Source: Selaginella moellendorffii (lineage: Eukaryota > Plantae > Lycopodiophyta). Taken from it: a stretch of 64,000 nucleotides of DNA. Positions 25,200-37,864 of this stretch are shown here, piece by piece. The stretch covers positions 191,261-255,260 of the forward strand of contig NW_003314312.1 of NCBI RefSeq assembly GCF_000143415.4, read 5' to 3'. Every line of letters begins with the position of its first letter. Within the stretch, counting starts at the first letter, position 1. Under the pieces are notes generated by a model that had not been told where the DNA came from, made no database searches, and worked only from the letters and a program-made list of their open reading frames with translations. The position numbers and the translations under genes are program-made.

Positions 25200-28100
25200 A
25201 CTGCCTACCTGAACACACCCATTGCTTAGATGGGCAGCTTCAACTTCACACAAATATTCAATACTTCATCCTCTACTGAGCCCCCATTCGAAGAGAATAG
25301 CAAATCTAGAGTTGGATGAAGAGTGTAGCATAATATGGAGGGAAACTGGGCACAATGCGTGGGGTGTGATAGAGTTTGGGGAGGGGCTGGGAGCGATGTG
25401 GGAGCACGGCATCATGTGGTGGAGCGTGGAATGTCCTGCATACAACATGGAGTGCAGGTCTTGATTCATTTCAGCCACCAAGGCACCATCAACACCATAG
25501 CCAACAGCTCCCAAATCTGCATCAGCCCCCCCACACAAGTCCTCAACGTTAACGTGTCAATTCTCCCCCAATGACTATCTACATTAAGGACAATGTTATG
25601 ACCGAAGTCTCATAGAAATACCAGGATGATAAAAACAACTTTCTCACCATTTGCATTACCTCCCATGATAGCAAGATGCAGTGCTGCTCGTTTGCTACTT
25701 CCCACCAAAGTACATCACTAGTGCTCCTTTTCCTTTCACGACACTGGCCAAACAGTCATTGCTTGGAGTATTGCTTGGTGATCCTCACAGGAGACTTCAA
25801 CAGTCGCATGGGATCATATCATGCTATCCATGACGAGCAAGGCAAAGATGACCAGGTAGATACGCACTGGATACGCCATAGCTTAGACACGTTCAACACA
25901 AGAACAGGTCACAAGCTCCTTGAATTTTGCAAACTGCAAAAGTCTGGATTCTCAATGGGGTGCTGGCATTCCCGCAAACAAGGGGCTTCACAACCATGTC
26001 TCCACCATGGCAACAGTGTCCCCAAGCCAGCACCATCGATTACTTAATGGGGGACTCTTTTGCAGCCACAACCATCTCCAACTTCAAACTTATGGACTTC
26101 GTCAATGCTTCCAACCATAGCCTGCTGGCTTTTTCCATTCACAGCAAGCCATGCAACACCTGTCGAATGGCCTGTGAAGACTCTAGTCATCTTCCAGCTA
26201 CTACCATTCGACATGGCAATTCTCTAGAGGACTATCAAAGAGCTATGAGCACAATAGGAGTCTTGCACAAAAATAGGTTTCCAAGAAAATCTCCTTGTGC
26301 AAATTCTCCAAGAGGCAACTACTCCACTCTGCCACTGAAAGCCATGCCAACATGCAGGCCTCCCAATCAAACCATGGTGGAATGAAGAATGCCAAACCCT
26401 ACATGAAGCATAACGAGAGGGCCTCCCAACAGGCTGTGCTCTGCAGCTACATTTTTGTAAAGTTGCAAGGGCCCAATTCCACACTAAGCTCATGAATATT
26501 CGGCAAGCCCACCAACCCTCAAGAGCATATTGTATCTTCGTCAATTGGTGATTGTTGAGGACATGGACACATGGATCCAACACATCCACCAACTCTATAA
26601 ATTGAACAGCCCTCCATCTTCACCAATAGTTTGGACATTTTGGGATCATGGTAGAACGGTGAAAGACGCTATTTAGGAACTTTCCTGAAGATATGGAGCT
26701 GACGTCTACAGCTCTCTAGATTTCAATTGGTTAGCTCCAATTCTCTATGAGCTTTTCAATGAGATCCTCGAACTAAGATTCCCGGCATCATGGAACATCA
26801 ACCAAGTGGAACCAATCCACAAGGCTGCATGACCAACTATTGCATAGTCATGATCTTCGCAATTTTTGCGAAACTCTTGGCAAAGGTAGTTGAGAAATAA
26901 TTTGTTGCATGGATGGAGTGGCAAGAGTGTAGAGCAACTGAACAAGCCAGCTTCTACCTACATAACTCGTGCATCGATCACTTAATTATAGTGAGGTCAT
27001 TTTTGAAATGCTCCATTGCACTTCATCTCAATCCATCTATACATGCTATGTCAACATTGTCAAGGCATTTAATCAAGTCTCACATAGCAAACTCTTCCAA
27101 CGCTTACACAAGCTTGACATCCCTCTGGAACTCATCTAAAGACTCTACGAGAATCAAAGTGGACATTGGATTGAGTCTAGGTGAAGTGTGACATGGGAAT
27201 GCAATACTTTCTCCCACATTTTTTGGATTGTTTATTGAAAATTTGGAAACAATTATGGCAAGATAGACACCATCTTCAATTATCTTCTTCTCCTCGACAT
27301 AGATGACCTACCCTTAGTAGCCAAGGACTTCAGCAGCAAATTGACACACTTGCCGCTTTCTGTAATGGCAATAGGCTTGATGTAAACAACACCAAAACCA
27401 AGGTGATGGTCTTTAGATACAATGATGGCTGAACACTCACATGCAAAGGATAACCATTGGAGTGAATTGACACCTATAAGTATCTACAATACACTATCAA
27501 CCAACACCATCCGTGGAAGACAAGAGTCGAAGAACACATCACACTGTAGCCTGAGTGTGTGTTCTACTTCAATCTGACTGCCACGAAGTGAATGTCCACT
27601 AGTGGGGCATCAAGCACATGTACTATATGACAAAGTTGACGATAGTGGCACTGGAGTGCTGGGCCCCAAAACTTAGCCAGAACCTGTGGGATAAATTGGA
27701 GGCTTTCAATAAACGATTTCTTTCAACAGAGTTTGGCATATACAAGACCCCTACCCAATCCTTGTTCTTGACATCGGGTTTCTTCCACTGGAGATCCTCA
27801 CATGGAGAAGCTGTCTCACATACGTTCGTAGCAGGTACTTCCTGCACCATAAAAAACTAGCGAATGCTACCATTCATGAGTCATAGGAGATGGCAAACTC
27901 AGAAAAAAAAACAGATGGTGGCATGATTTTCAATGTTGTTCTTTAATCTTGTCTTTATCGATATTTGGTATTCTCCTTTAGAAGCCATTGAGGCTGGACC
28001 TGGACTCCCTACAGAGCTATTTAAAGACCTTGAATATTGAATGTGACACGCTCTCCAAGCATGCTGCAGATGTTAGATAACGTTTTCTATAACAACTACA

Positions 28101-28420
28101 TTATCACAATCAGCATATATCAACAATTTAGCTTTGCAGGATATAACAACCTCATACCTTGTAACAGAAAGATTCTCGCAAGCTAACTAATGGGATAGCA
28201 TCAACTCAGGGAGGAGTTAGGATGTCACACCAAGCTGAAGATCCTGTGAGAACTGCAGTTTTGCCCCACATGTCTTGAAAAAGTGGAGGATGTGAACTAT
28301 GTCATCAATGACTATCTGACATATAAACACCTCTGCAGGCCACCCATCCCCTGGGGCTCTGACCTTCATGTCATCCTCTGTAGTACAAGATGGATGATCC
28401 AATTGTGTGAATTCTTACAA
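25200..28420 (+). mobile_element. Decayed non-LTR retrotransposon (LINE) ORF2 remnant
   Basis: AP-endonuclease motifs VILTGDFNSRMG, VWILNG and STIDYLM. RT-like remnants near 27290-27490 (DDL, NNTKTKVMVF, YKYL). Many stops. Confidence 0.75.
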
Positions 28421-29454
28421 GAGATTGAAGTCACACACCAAGCCGTCGTGATAAATATGATGCATGCACTTGCAGCGTCACTACATCAACCATTACCCAA
28501 ATGGCACCAGCAAGTCACAGGCCGGAAGCACAAGAGACCCAAACCCCAGAAGGAGTGGCTGACACCAGGCACACTAGAGGTGGAGACAGCAGAAGACATT
28601 GACAGACAACAGCAGAGACAATCATCCAGGCAGTTTATCTAAATCCCTTGGTGCTATTCTATGGGGAGTGACCTCCATCATGTCAGAAATTGATAGTGTT
28701 GATGCATAAGATATTCAACACCAGACTTCTCATTGCTTCTTTTGTCAATAGCGAAATCGTTTTTTTCCTTGGTAATTTTTACAGAAATTCAAGGATAAAG
28801 TGCAGATTACCTTCTTTGTCTCGAAGTGGCTGTGACCCCACCAAGGTGATAAAGTAAATCAGAGTCAAGGGACCGAGAAAGTAGTGATCTATGCCCCCAA
28901 AACATATTGGGCGTGTAAAGATCTAGTATATAGTGTAGAAGTAAGAAAGGATGGTTAGAATAGGTAAAAGAAGACTAAAGATTATATAATTTGAAACTTT
29001 AACTATTAGAATAGAGAATCTAGGACTTGACAATGAGCATGGTAATCATTCTGGTCAAACATGGAAAATCCATGCATGTAAATGAAAAATCATAAGTTTC
29101 CATCCAAACACGTCATAGGAGCACGATATTTTGCATGAATTTGGCTAAATCATTTGCAAATTGCTTGCCAAGGTGAGGCGCCAAAATCCAAGTATAGAAA
29201 AAAATTACTATGTTACTATAATATTAAATTATTATACACTGGGCACTTGGCTTGACCGCGAGCTTAATGCGATCTCAGAAAGCGATACAATTGTAAATGC
29301 AAACTTTGTCAAGGCTATGATGTGACATTCAATCAATTTCATTTTGAATAAGTATGACTTTTGCAATAAAGTCAAACAATGACTATGGCAGGCCTTTATG
29401 TTTTCAGCTTACTGACCGACTTCTTTCAAAAGAGAAAAGGGGAAATTTAGAACT

Positions 29455-30338
29455 ATGGAAGAAATCGCTTCGAGCGTGAAAGACTTGGAGCTCGAGAAGG
29501 GGGGTGAGTATCGCAGCTTCTTGCATGGAGACACCGAGAAAGATACCGTGTGGAGGCTCGGGGAAGCGCCAGAGTATGATCTTGTCAATCGCACATTCCG
29601 ATCCGGGCGAACCAAGGTGAGAGATATATGAGATCTCCATGGAGAAAAATCGTTTGATTGATCAATCACGCTGTTTACGCAGGATTGGAAGCCTGGGTCT
29701 CTGGAGGAGACAGTCCAGAATCTAGTCAAGACATGGGAGATGGAGCTGACACACAAGACAAGAATCAAGGATTTCAAGAGCATCGATGCTGAAAATTTCT
29801 CTTTCTCCGTCAATGGTAACCATTGTTCTTGTTCTTGTGATTTGCTACCCTGTAAATCTATGATCCAGGAGGTAAAACCATGACTGGCGAGGAGCTTCTT
29901 CGCGCTGGAAGCTACAATGCGCTGCTCGCAAGCTTAGAACATGGAGGAGCAAACAATCCTCCGCTCTACAAATCCTCGCAGGAGACTTTCGAATCGTCTC
30001 ACGAGATATTTCGTGGAGTTTTTCCCAATGGATTTGCGTGGGAAGTTCTTGAGGTCTTCTCCGGGCCTCCCACCGTCGCGTTCAAATGGAGGCACTGGGG
30101 AAAAATGGAAGGTAGTTTCAAAGAACACAATCCCAATGGCAAGACCGCGGAGATGTTTGGAATGGCAATAGCAGAGGTAACAAAAGAGCTTTACCATGTC
30201 ACGTGAGTAACTTTTCTCTCTTTTTCCCCTCACTCGAAATAGGTGAACGATCAGCTCAAGATAGGAAGACTGGAGGTATTCTATGACCCTTCGCAGCTGC
30301 TGACGCAGCTTACCTGTCCGTACAATCCCAAGAGGTGA
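29455..30338 (+). CDS. Pathogen-related protein (SnoaL/NTF2-like plant PRP family); exons 29455-29616, 29683-29815, 29869-30176, 30243-30338
   Basis: Spliced ORF with WRLGEAPEYDLVN, GSLEETVQNLVKTWEMELTHK, GSYNALL, FPNGFAWEVLEVFSGPPTVAFKWRHWG and LEVFYDP. All introns GT-AG. Confidence 0.92.
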
Positions 30339-30656
30339 AAAGCAAAGAGTGTTCCACTTTCACCTTGGTCATACAAATAACTATGGAAATTGTCGCGTGT
30401 ATGAAGTTTGAATGGAAAGCTTTGCGTACGGTATGAAATCCGGCTCAAACATTTATGCAATCATGTTTTTGCTTGGCATCAAAATAGATGAGCTCCATAG
30501 TTTCTTCCGTGCTGTGCGTGTGGATATGACCATGGAGATGATTGTCTTTCAAGCTGCCAGTTCTCTCATTGGGCATCTCTAGAAGCCTTGTAGTACCATT
30601 GTGTCGTGTGTCGTGTACATTATAGATTTTATTCAAATTTAAAAGTGTATCAAGAT

Positions 30657-31568
30657 TTAAATACAATTGATTGAACTTGAAGACCATGAAGGAGCTACAT
30701 GATCATTCCTAGACGAAGGTATAGTGTAAAGCACTAAATTACAGTCATTCTGCATAGATAAGAATGATGGTCTTAAACATTCTTCAACTCCACAATAAGT
30801 GTTACTATGCCAAACACTCTCTAAACTATTATAAATTACAAGATTTCCATCGTGTTGCAATATGAGATGACAATTTAATCCTTTTTTATATGTATTAGAT
30901 GTCCATTTTGGATTATTGCCATAATAAAGAACTAAGTTACAGTCTTTTTGCATTGTTAACTTAAAATTATGATCTGGAGAATATAATGATTGTTCTGCCT
31001 CAAGTATATTATGAGGCCACCAACTAAATAATGTGGTTGTAATTATTGAATTACAATATATATCTTCATCATATAAAGAATAAGTATTTGAAACTATAAC
31101 AACATTACTTTCATAACTATTATCATATAGCCTATCTTTAATTAGAAATTCTATTGCATATCCAACTGTACTTGCTTTAAAATAGCTTGGACAATATGTT
31201 TCTAGTAATAATATTGAATTTGTCATAATACTATCTAAAGCAATTATTGCAGTGCGCCCAAATACAGTATTTATATTACTTGGGTTTGCAGTACAAGTTC
31301 CACCAGCTATTCCATGATTATGGTTATGAATATAAATTGTAAGCAATCCTCTTTGATTATAAGTTATTGGAAAGATTGAACTATATCTTACACCACGTTC
31401 ATATCTTTCTCTATCATAAAACATTTCTCTAGTTATTTCTTGAATTCTGTTTATTATGAATCTTGTTGTAGGAATTGAGATTGCAAGAGAATTAGCATGC
31501 TCAAATTGTATAGATAAACAAAAATTAAAATTTAAAGAAAACACAGCAAATAATATGAATTTAGCCAT
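30657..31568 (-). CDS. Secreted protein: signal peptide, unknown ~165-aa domain, C-terminal GNA/bulb-type mannose-binding lectin domain
   Basis: 303-aa uninterrupted ORF with a hydrophobic N-terminus and three intact QxDxNxVxY motifs (QKDCNLVLY, QHDGNLVIY, QNDCNLVLY). TATAAT about 30 nt upstream. Confidence 0.85.
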   Translation of the reverse strand: MAKFILFAVFSLNFNFCLSIQFEHANSLAISIPTTRFIINRIQEITREMFYDRERYERGVRYSSIFPITYNQRGLLTIYIHNHNHGIAGGTCTANPSNINTVFGRTAIIALDSIMTNSILLLETYCPSYFKASTVGYAIEFLIKDRLYDNSYESNVVIVSNTYSLYDEDIYCNSIITTTLFSWWPHNILEAEQSLYSPDHNFKLTMQKDCNLVLYYGNNPKWTSNTYKKGLNCHLILQHDGNLVIYNSLESVWHSNTYCGVEECLRPSFLSMQNDCNLVLYTIPSSRNDHVAPSWSSSSINCI

Positions 31569-33254
31569 TCCTTACTTATCTGTAAGGTGTAAGTTTTATT
31601 TATAATGACTTCATTATTTAATCAAGTCAACTAATAATTAGTAAACTTCTAAAATAGTAATATATTATATATTATATATAATATATTACTAAAGAAATAT
31701 TAGCTGTGAAGGCCAAGTGTACAATTATGATGCCGTATACTAATATTAGCATAGTGGGATTTTGGTAGCCGTCAGATTGGTTTCAATTTGGACCACTCGC
31801 TCTTGTATATAAGTTAGCGTTTTTAGGCTAATTGATATGTATATTTTCTATATTCTCTTTCCATATTCCATACACTCACATTGGTGGAGTTAAGAGGCAC
31901 TTTTGATTGTCCCTGAGAAGTACTTAGATTTGGGATTTTGGTTTAGATTTAGCTTTTGCATCATTTAGATCTAGTTTTTTCTATTTCCTTTCTTTTGTTC
32001 TTTCCTTTCAAGATTTTGGTTTAAATCTAGTTTTTTTGCATTGTCTAAATCTCCATTTCCTTTTAGCTTTTTGTCATTTCTTTTCTTTTGCTCTTTCCTT
32101 TTCGTTCATCTTCATGATAGATTAGCAATTTCCTCTTTTGACTCTAGAGCAACAGTTGGTACAATTGTTTGATGCTATATGCTTGCAATTGAACAACTAA
32201 ATTCAGTTGATGGCAGCGTTCACTGTAGCGCATATGAATTTGGAGTTGAACTCTAAGCCCATTGCTCTACGAAACGAGGGTCCGATATAATCCCACGAGC
32301 ACTAACTCCCCATATCCAGCACTTGCACGCAAAATGGTGTCAGATGGAGCCTGGCACAATTTTGGCATACCAAAGGCCTAACGCGAGGAGGAGGGTACCC
32401 CACCGACTAAAGCAGCGTGGAGCTTGGGCTTAGACCCAAGCTAGATGCAGAACAAGGAGCAACACGGCCCAGCAAAAGCCAAACTAATGTCTCAGGTTGT
32501 CGCATATGCATTCCAACCACTATCCCTACTGTACATTTGGAACCCCCTACACACACCACACCCCCCCCCCCCCCTTCTCAAGACACACGCTCACCTTAGG
32601 GTGAAAGCTTTGGGCTTTCACCCCAAGGCTCCCTTATTACCAGGAGTTAGTCTCTGGGATAAGTTTGAAACTTATTAAATACAGAATGTCCTTAGATTGC
32701 GAATTTGGACACAGGGCGAACACCATTGTGTTCAAGCCAATCTCTACATTCTGTAGATATGCCAAATGGGCGAATCTAAACATTTTCCATAAATAGCATT
32801 TAGGACTGAAATGAGACTAACACAGGGAGCATGATAACAAGGGTGTTTGGCAAACACGGTAAGCTATCATCCAACGATATTGAGGGATTAATCTCAATAT
32901 GCGAGGGTTCTTGATATTAGCAAGTGCAAAACAATGATAGGAGTTTCTCAAACCAGGCCAAGTATGCTCAGCAAGAAACATATAGGGTTCCAACCTTATG
33001 TTTATCCGATTTAAGTACATGGTGTGAGACACAAAATCCCTAGGCCCCAAAGTGGAGCCGGAAGGGCGCCACATGGTAGTGGCCGAAGCGAGAGCCAAAC
33101 GAGCGTAACACGTTTGGACCAAAAGCTCCGACTTGAAAAGTCAAGAGCAGGAGTGGAACTCCCAACGAAGTGCTCGAGGAACGAGCACAAAGCGAGCAAA
33201 AGGCGAGGCTCCAAAAAGGGACCCAAAAGGACCAACACATGACACGTGGGAGTG

Positions 33255-33862
33255 TCCGAGATGGAGTCCAAAGTGGAGTCCGAGATGGACCCGAGTTGAA
33301 GTCCGAAGTGGAGTCCGAGATGGACCCGAGATGGAGTCCGAGATGGAGTCCGAAGTGGAGTCCGAGGTGGACCCGAGATGGACCCGAGATGGAGTCCGAA
33401 GTGGAGTCCGAGGTGGACCCGAGATGGACCCGAGTTGGAGTCCGAAGTGGAGTCCGAGATGGACCCGAGATGGAGTCCGAGATGGAGTCCGAGATGGAGT
33501 CCGAGGTGGACCCGAGATGGACCCGAAATGGAGTCCGAGATGGAGTCCGAGATGGAGTCCGAGGTGGACCCGAGATGGACCCGAAATGGAGTCCGAGATG
33601 GAGTCCGAGATGGACCCGAGATGGAGTCCGAGATGGAGTTCGAGATGGACCCGAGATGGACCCGAGATGGAGTCCGAGATGGAGTCCGAGATGGAGTCCA
33701 AGATGGAGTCCGAAGTCGAGACCGAGACCGGGACCGAGACCGAGACCGAGACCGAGATCGGGACCGAGACCGAGACCGAGGCCGAGGCCGAGCCCGAGCC
33801 CGAGTCCGAGTCCGAATCCGAGTCCGAGTCCGAGTCCGAGTCCGAGTCCGAGTCCGAGTCCA
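33255..33862 (+). repeat. Minisatellite in the 5' LTR of element C (GAGATGGAGTCC/GAGATGGACCC units grading into GAGACC/GAGTCC hexamers)
   Basis: Read directly from the sequence. Confidence 0.95.
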
Positions 33863-36800
33863 GAGCCTGAGAGGGTGAAAGCCCAAAGCGTTCGTCTCCC
33901 AGACCCTGGGGGGTTTGGTGAGCTCCAAAAGTATAGTAAGGGGGAGGACTGCAGTGGAGCCAGTTTGGCCAGGAAAGGCCAATTTGGCCCAGGAAGGCCA
34001 GACCCAGTGTTGGGTGATGAGCTGCCCACTGGGAAGTCCAAGACTAGAGTGAACACAGACCGACAAGCGGGGTAGCTTGGTGAAGTGTTCAAGAGCCGGC
34101 TCTAGTTCCCCCGGGAGATCGACTGGCCGATGCTCCCAGTCCAAGTGTGGGTGGCACTACCTACTTGGATACCTGGTGTGGCTCAACGAAACCCGCTCTA
34201 AGCCCATGGCTAGAGCACCCAAGGGCAGAAGGCGAGGAGAGTACCCAGGTGACTTGCGTAAGGCCACGGTGTTCCAAAATGTTGTCCCAAAGGCCCAGAC
34301 TGTGGAAAGGAAGAGGAGCAATCCTCTGGGGTAGTGACCAAGGACACAGTCGTGTGGTGAGGAAGTCCCAGAGGACCGTGGGACTTAGAGGTCGGGCCTG
34401 TGGGTCTCGATCTAGTGGCAGTGTTGGCAAACACGGCCAGGGGCAGAAAGGGACTTAGTGGGGACTGACAGAGGGATATTGGGGAAGGCTATTCCCCTTG
34501 TTGGTGGGCATCCTAAGGATGCTAAGGAGTGGATCTGAGATGACCACTCACGGATGGGTTGCCTAGTCTTGGAGGGCCAAGACGGTGATGCAAGTGGTGT
34601 TGGACCACCAGTGTGACCAAGTTAAATGGGCATGGCCTTAGCGTAACGGGCCGGTACGTCGGTGATACCTTGGGTTGTCGATCATGGGATCGGACACGTG
34701 GAGCACTTGGACCAAGTGCTAAGGTTGAGTGGCATGGATGCCATTCTCGGGGCTAGCAAGCCCCAAGTCCTGAGTTGGACTTATGGAGGTGGTCAATGAG
34801 ACTCCTCCAAGTGGTCAGAGGTGTGGTTAAGTGACTAAAGTAAAATGGAAAAATTAGTCGCTTACAATTTGGTATCGGAGCCGTTCCTTAGTCCGACTTT
34901 TATTGGTGCTCAAGTATATCACCACTAGTGTTGGCATCGGAAGGTCCGAGGAGTGAGCCTATCCTTGAGGAGTAGCAAGTCGGGAAGACATGGCTCTCCA
35001 TTACAGTTCATGTGTGAACTTGTAGACGAGGTGGTGGATAGAAAAGGGCCAATAATGGAACGACTTTGGGATCTTGGGAACAGTGTAAGGTTTTCCTCAT
35101 TGAGTTGAGGATGTGATCCGGATGAGCATTTGTCTCAGCAAATTGGCTAAGGTTGTTGTGGTAAACAACTAAAGTTGGGATCACGGGAAAGATAGAGACT
35201 CCAAAACAATAAAGGAGTCACAAGATTATCCTCATATAGTTGAGGTTGGTGCTTATGAATGTGAGACCAAAGGTAATGACCGTGGAAGGTCAAATACGGA
35301 AGAGGACTCAAGTCCTTGAAATGGTAGCCGGGGCTACCTTTAATAAATGCTGGAACAACCCAAGGAGTTGGGGGGTGTACTTAAAGATGAGTGGTATTCT
35401 CATCGCATGGACAAGTAGTCCTAAGGGGCAAAGGTTGCCCCCAGAGAACAAAATCAAGTGTCGGAGTAACACTTGTGAAAATAGTCCTTTTGAGTAGGAC
35501 AGGAATGCAAGAAGTGTATTCCAGTGAGCTAGTGCCTCACAAATAGGACCTTACGGGTCTGTGGATTAACCAAGTCCAAAACTGCTGGATAACTCAAGTA
35601 GAGTCAAGGGATGGTCCTAAAAGGACTGATGGAAGCATTTGGACTGAGGTGTGTTGTACCCCACAAAAGATGGGGGGGGATCATAGGATCCAAGGATGAG
35701 AACAGAGGGTATCTCATCGATGGCAAAATGTGCCATGCTAAAGTTATGGGAAAGGTGTTCCCAGAAGAAAACAACTTTGACATAAAGTTGTGTGTGACCC
35801 CTATGGGGCAGTGCTAACGGATGGTTGGCATGAGAAAGAGCAGTGTTGGTCTAGGCAAAGACTTAGACACGAAAGGGGAAATGTCATAGAGGTAGGCTCG
35901 TAGAGCCGATGGTGTGGAGACACCAAATGTGCCAAGGTGTGATACCTTGAGGCTATGTTGGTGGGTTCATGAGAACCCCTTGCCAAAGGAATCCCAATGG
36001 AAATGGGAATGGCATAGCCTAAGCTGCAGAGCATGCAGTTGGAGTGTGGTGACCCAGATAATGATGGAGGTGTGAAAGCACCAAGCAATGAGTTGTAGGA
36101 CTTGACAACTATGAGGCAACTAAGCAAGAGGTGCAAAGTAACTGGTTAAACGGGTAGAAGGTAGCTACCCAAGACTTCTTAATAGCATAAGGAAGTTGGA
36201 TATACCCTTACAGGGGATAAGTTGCTTGTGTTGTGATATAGTAAGTCAATGTCATAAAAGGAAATACTCATTGTCAAGAAAGCCATCATTGGGACACCCA
36301 AACACTCTAGAACACCAGAAGGTGGTGTTTGATGTCGCGAGGGCAAGGGATAAAGCCCAAGGGACTAAGTCCCTAGCGAATGATGGATAGAAGGTGCTAT
36401 CCAAATGTCCAAGGTTGCGGAGACAGGAGAGGACTGTCTACCCGAGTTGGACAAAGCCAAAAATGGAATTTTGGCAAGGCTAGTGATGGGCATGTAAAGG
36501 CCCATAAGCAACAATGTAATCCCAGTGTGTGGGATTATAAAGTGAGCATACCCGGATTGAGGAACCACTCCCTAGGCTATGGGGTAGGTTCATCCCTAAG
36601 AATACTTGCTAAAGCGTGATAGAAAGTGCAAAGCTATCCTCCTGGTCTAGAGGAGAATGACCAAAGGAAAGGTGTGAAGCCAAAAAGCAAGAAGTAAGGG
36701 GATAGAACCGAACCATAGGAATCAAAGGGCATAACCAAGGTTGGTTATGCCAGCTGGGAGTGGAGAATCAAGTGGGGGCTCGAGGGTGTTGCCGCTAGCA

Positions 36801-37235
36801 ACCGTGATGCCATGGAAAGTCTAAAATATGGAATTATCCATGTTAGACTATGTGGCATTTTGAAGGCTTGCAAAAAGGGAGGCCTTAGCAAGCTGAGGGA
36901 CAGAGTTCCTTCAAGGTTCCCAAAGACGATTCTAGGTAGCTTAGTACCTAGAAAGGCCAAGTGTAAATGGTTCATGGAACGCGCGAAATCAGAGTGGCGC
37001 AGCAGAAGCGTGGTCTTGAAGCTTGCCATGAGGCAAGGCTATCAAGGTTAGGGAAGTAGTTCCCGAGTGTTCAAAGAGAGGGCTTTGAACGAAAGTCGAT
37101 GGTCAAGGACTTTCACGCTTATGCAGGAACCATGTTACAGTGGTCAGAGGACTTGCCAAGCGAGATTGGCACGTCGGGGGAACAAATACCCTAGTTGAAG
37201 GTGATAACTTCAAAAAGGGTGGGCCATGGGGCCGA

Positions 37236-37864
37236 GCATGGAGGAGTCCATGCATGATCACAAACATGTCAAGTGAGAGGACTTGGCAGTGTGAAGGAAC
37301 TAGGTTCCTAAGCAGTGATCTATAGTGCGCTTTAAAAATAAGTTGGTGCACCGGCGTGGGGAGTCACGCCAGGCATCTTGTGTGATGCCGTCCGTAGATG
37401 CATATACGGAGGTTGGGTTCGAGTCCCGACCCTCTAGTGCTTGGGTTCGAGTCCCAAATCACTAGGGCGTGGTGATGGTTTGGAATATGAGGACACTCAT
37501 ATTTCGGTGGTCATGGACTCTCAGTGGGGAGACTGGTTTGGGCACACCGCCAAGCGAGGGATGCCTCGGAGTTGTGATGCACGGTTAGATTGCTTAGTGT
37601 GAAAGCTCAGCATATCTAACTTGAACACTTTGGTGCAAGTGGCACCAAGGTCGTGGTGAGTGAGATGGGGACACCTAATCTCAGTTGCTATGAACCCTTG
37701 GCCGTAAGGGCTAGCTTGGGTGCACCGCCAAGTGTGGGGGATGCCCCCGGGGTTATAGTCAACAACTTGGAGGTCTAGAAAACCAAGTACCTCTTGGCAA
37801 CTCTGTTAAGGTGCCAAGGTGAGATCACTAGGTGATCTTATAGCTAGATAAGGACAAGGTCCTT
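37236..37864 (+). other. Array of about 20 adjacent, sequence-distinct short hairpins (structured RNA domain) inside element C
   Basis: Consecutive 5-10 bp inverted repeats with short loops and often 0-3 nt linkers; listed in the findings. Confidence 0.7.

Noticed and set aside
33255-33862. CRISPR-like appearance of the repeat arrays
   Set aside because: Units are contiguous with no unique spacers, there are no cas genes, and the context is a eukaryotic LTR.
34010-34042. 5S C-box-like GGGTGA...CTGGGAAGTCC in the element C LTR
   Set aside because: Spacing is wrong and there is no A-box; the match is too short to separate from chance.
33011-34144. Long SR/RD/ES-rich ORFs in all six frames (also 38960-40030)
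   Set aside because: They arise from the stop-free minisatellite inside the LTRs and are not SR proteins.
33023-34866. Hammerhead ribozyme (retrozyme) in the element C LTR
   Set aside because: I found no CUGANGA...GAAA core with compatible stems by eye; an Infernal search would settle it.
37380-37470. tRNA gene
   Set aside because: T-arm only; no acceptor, D or anticodon arms can be built.
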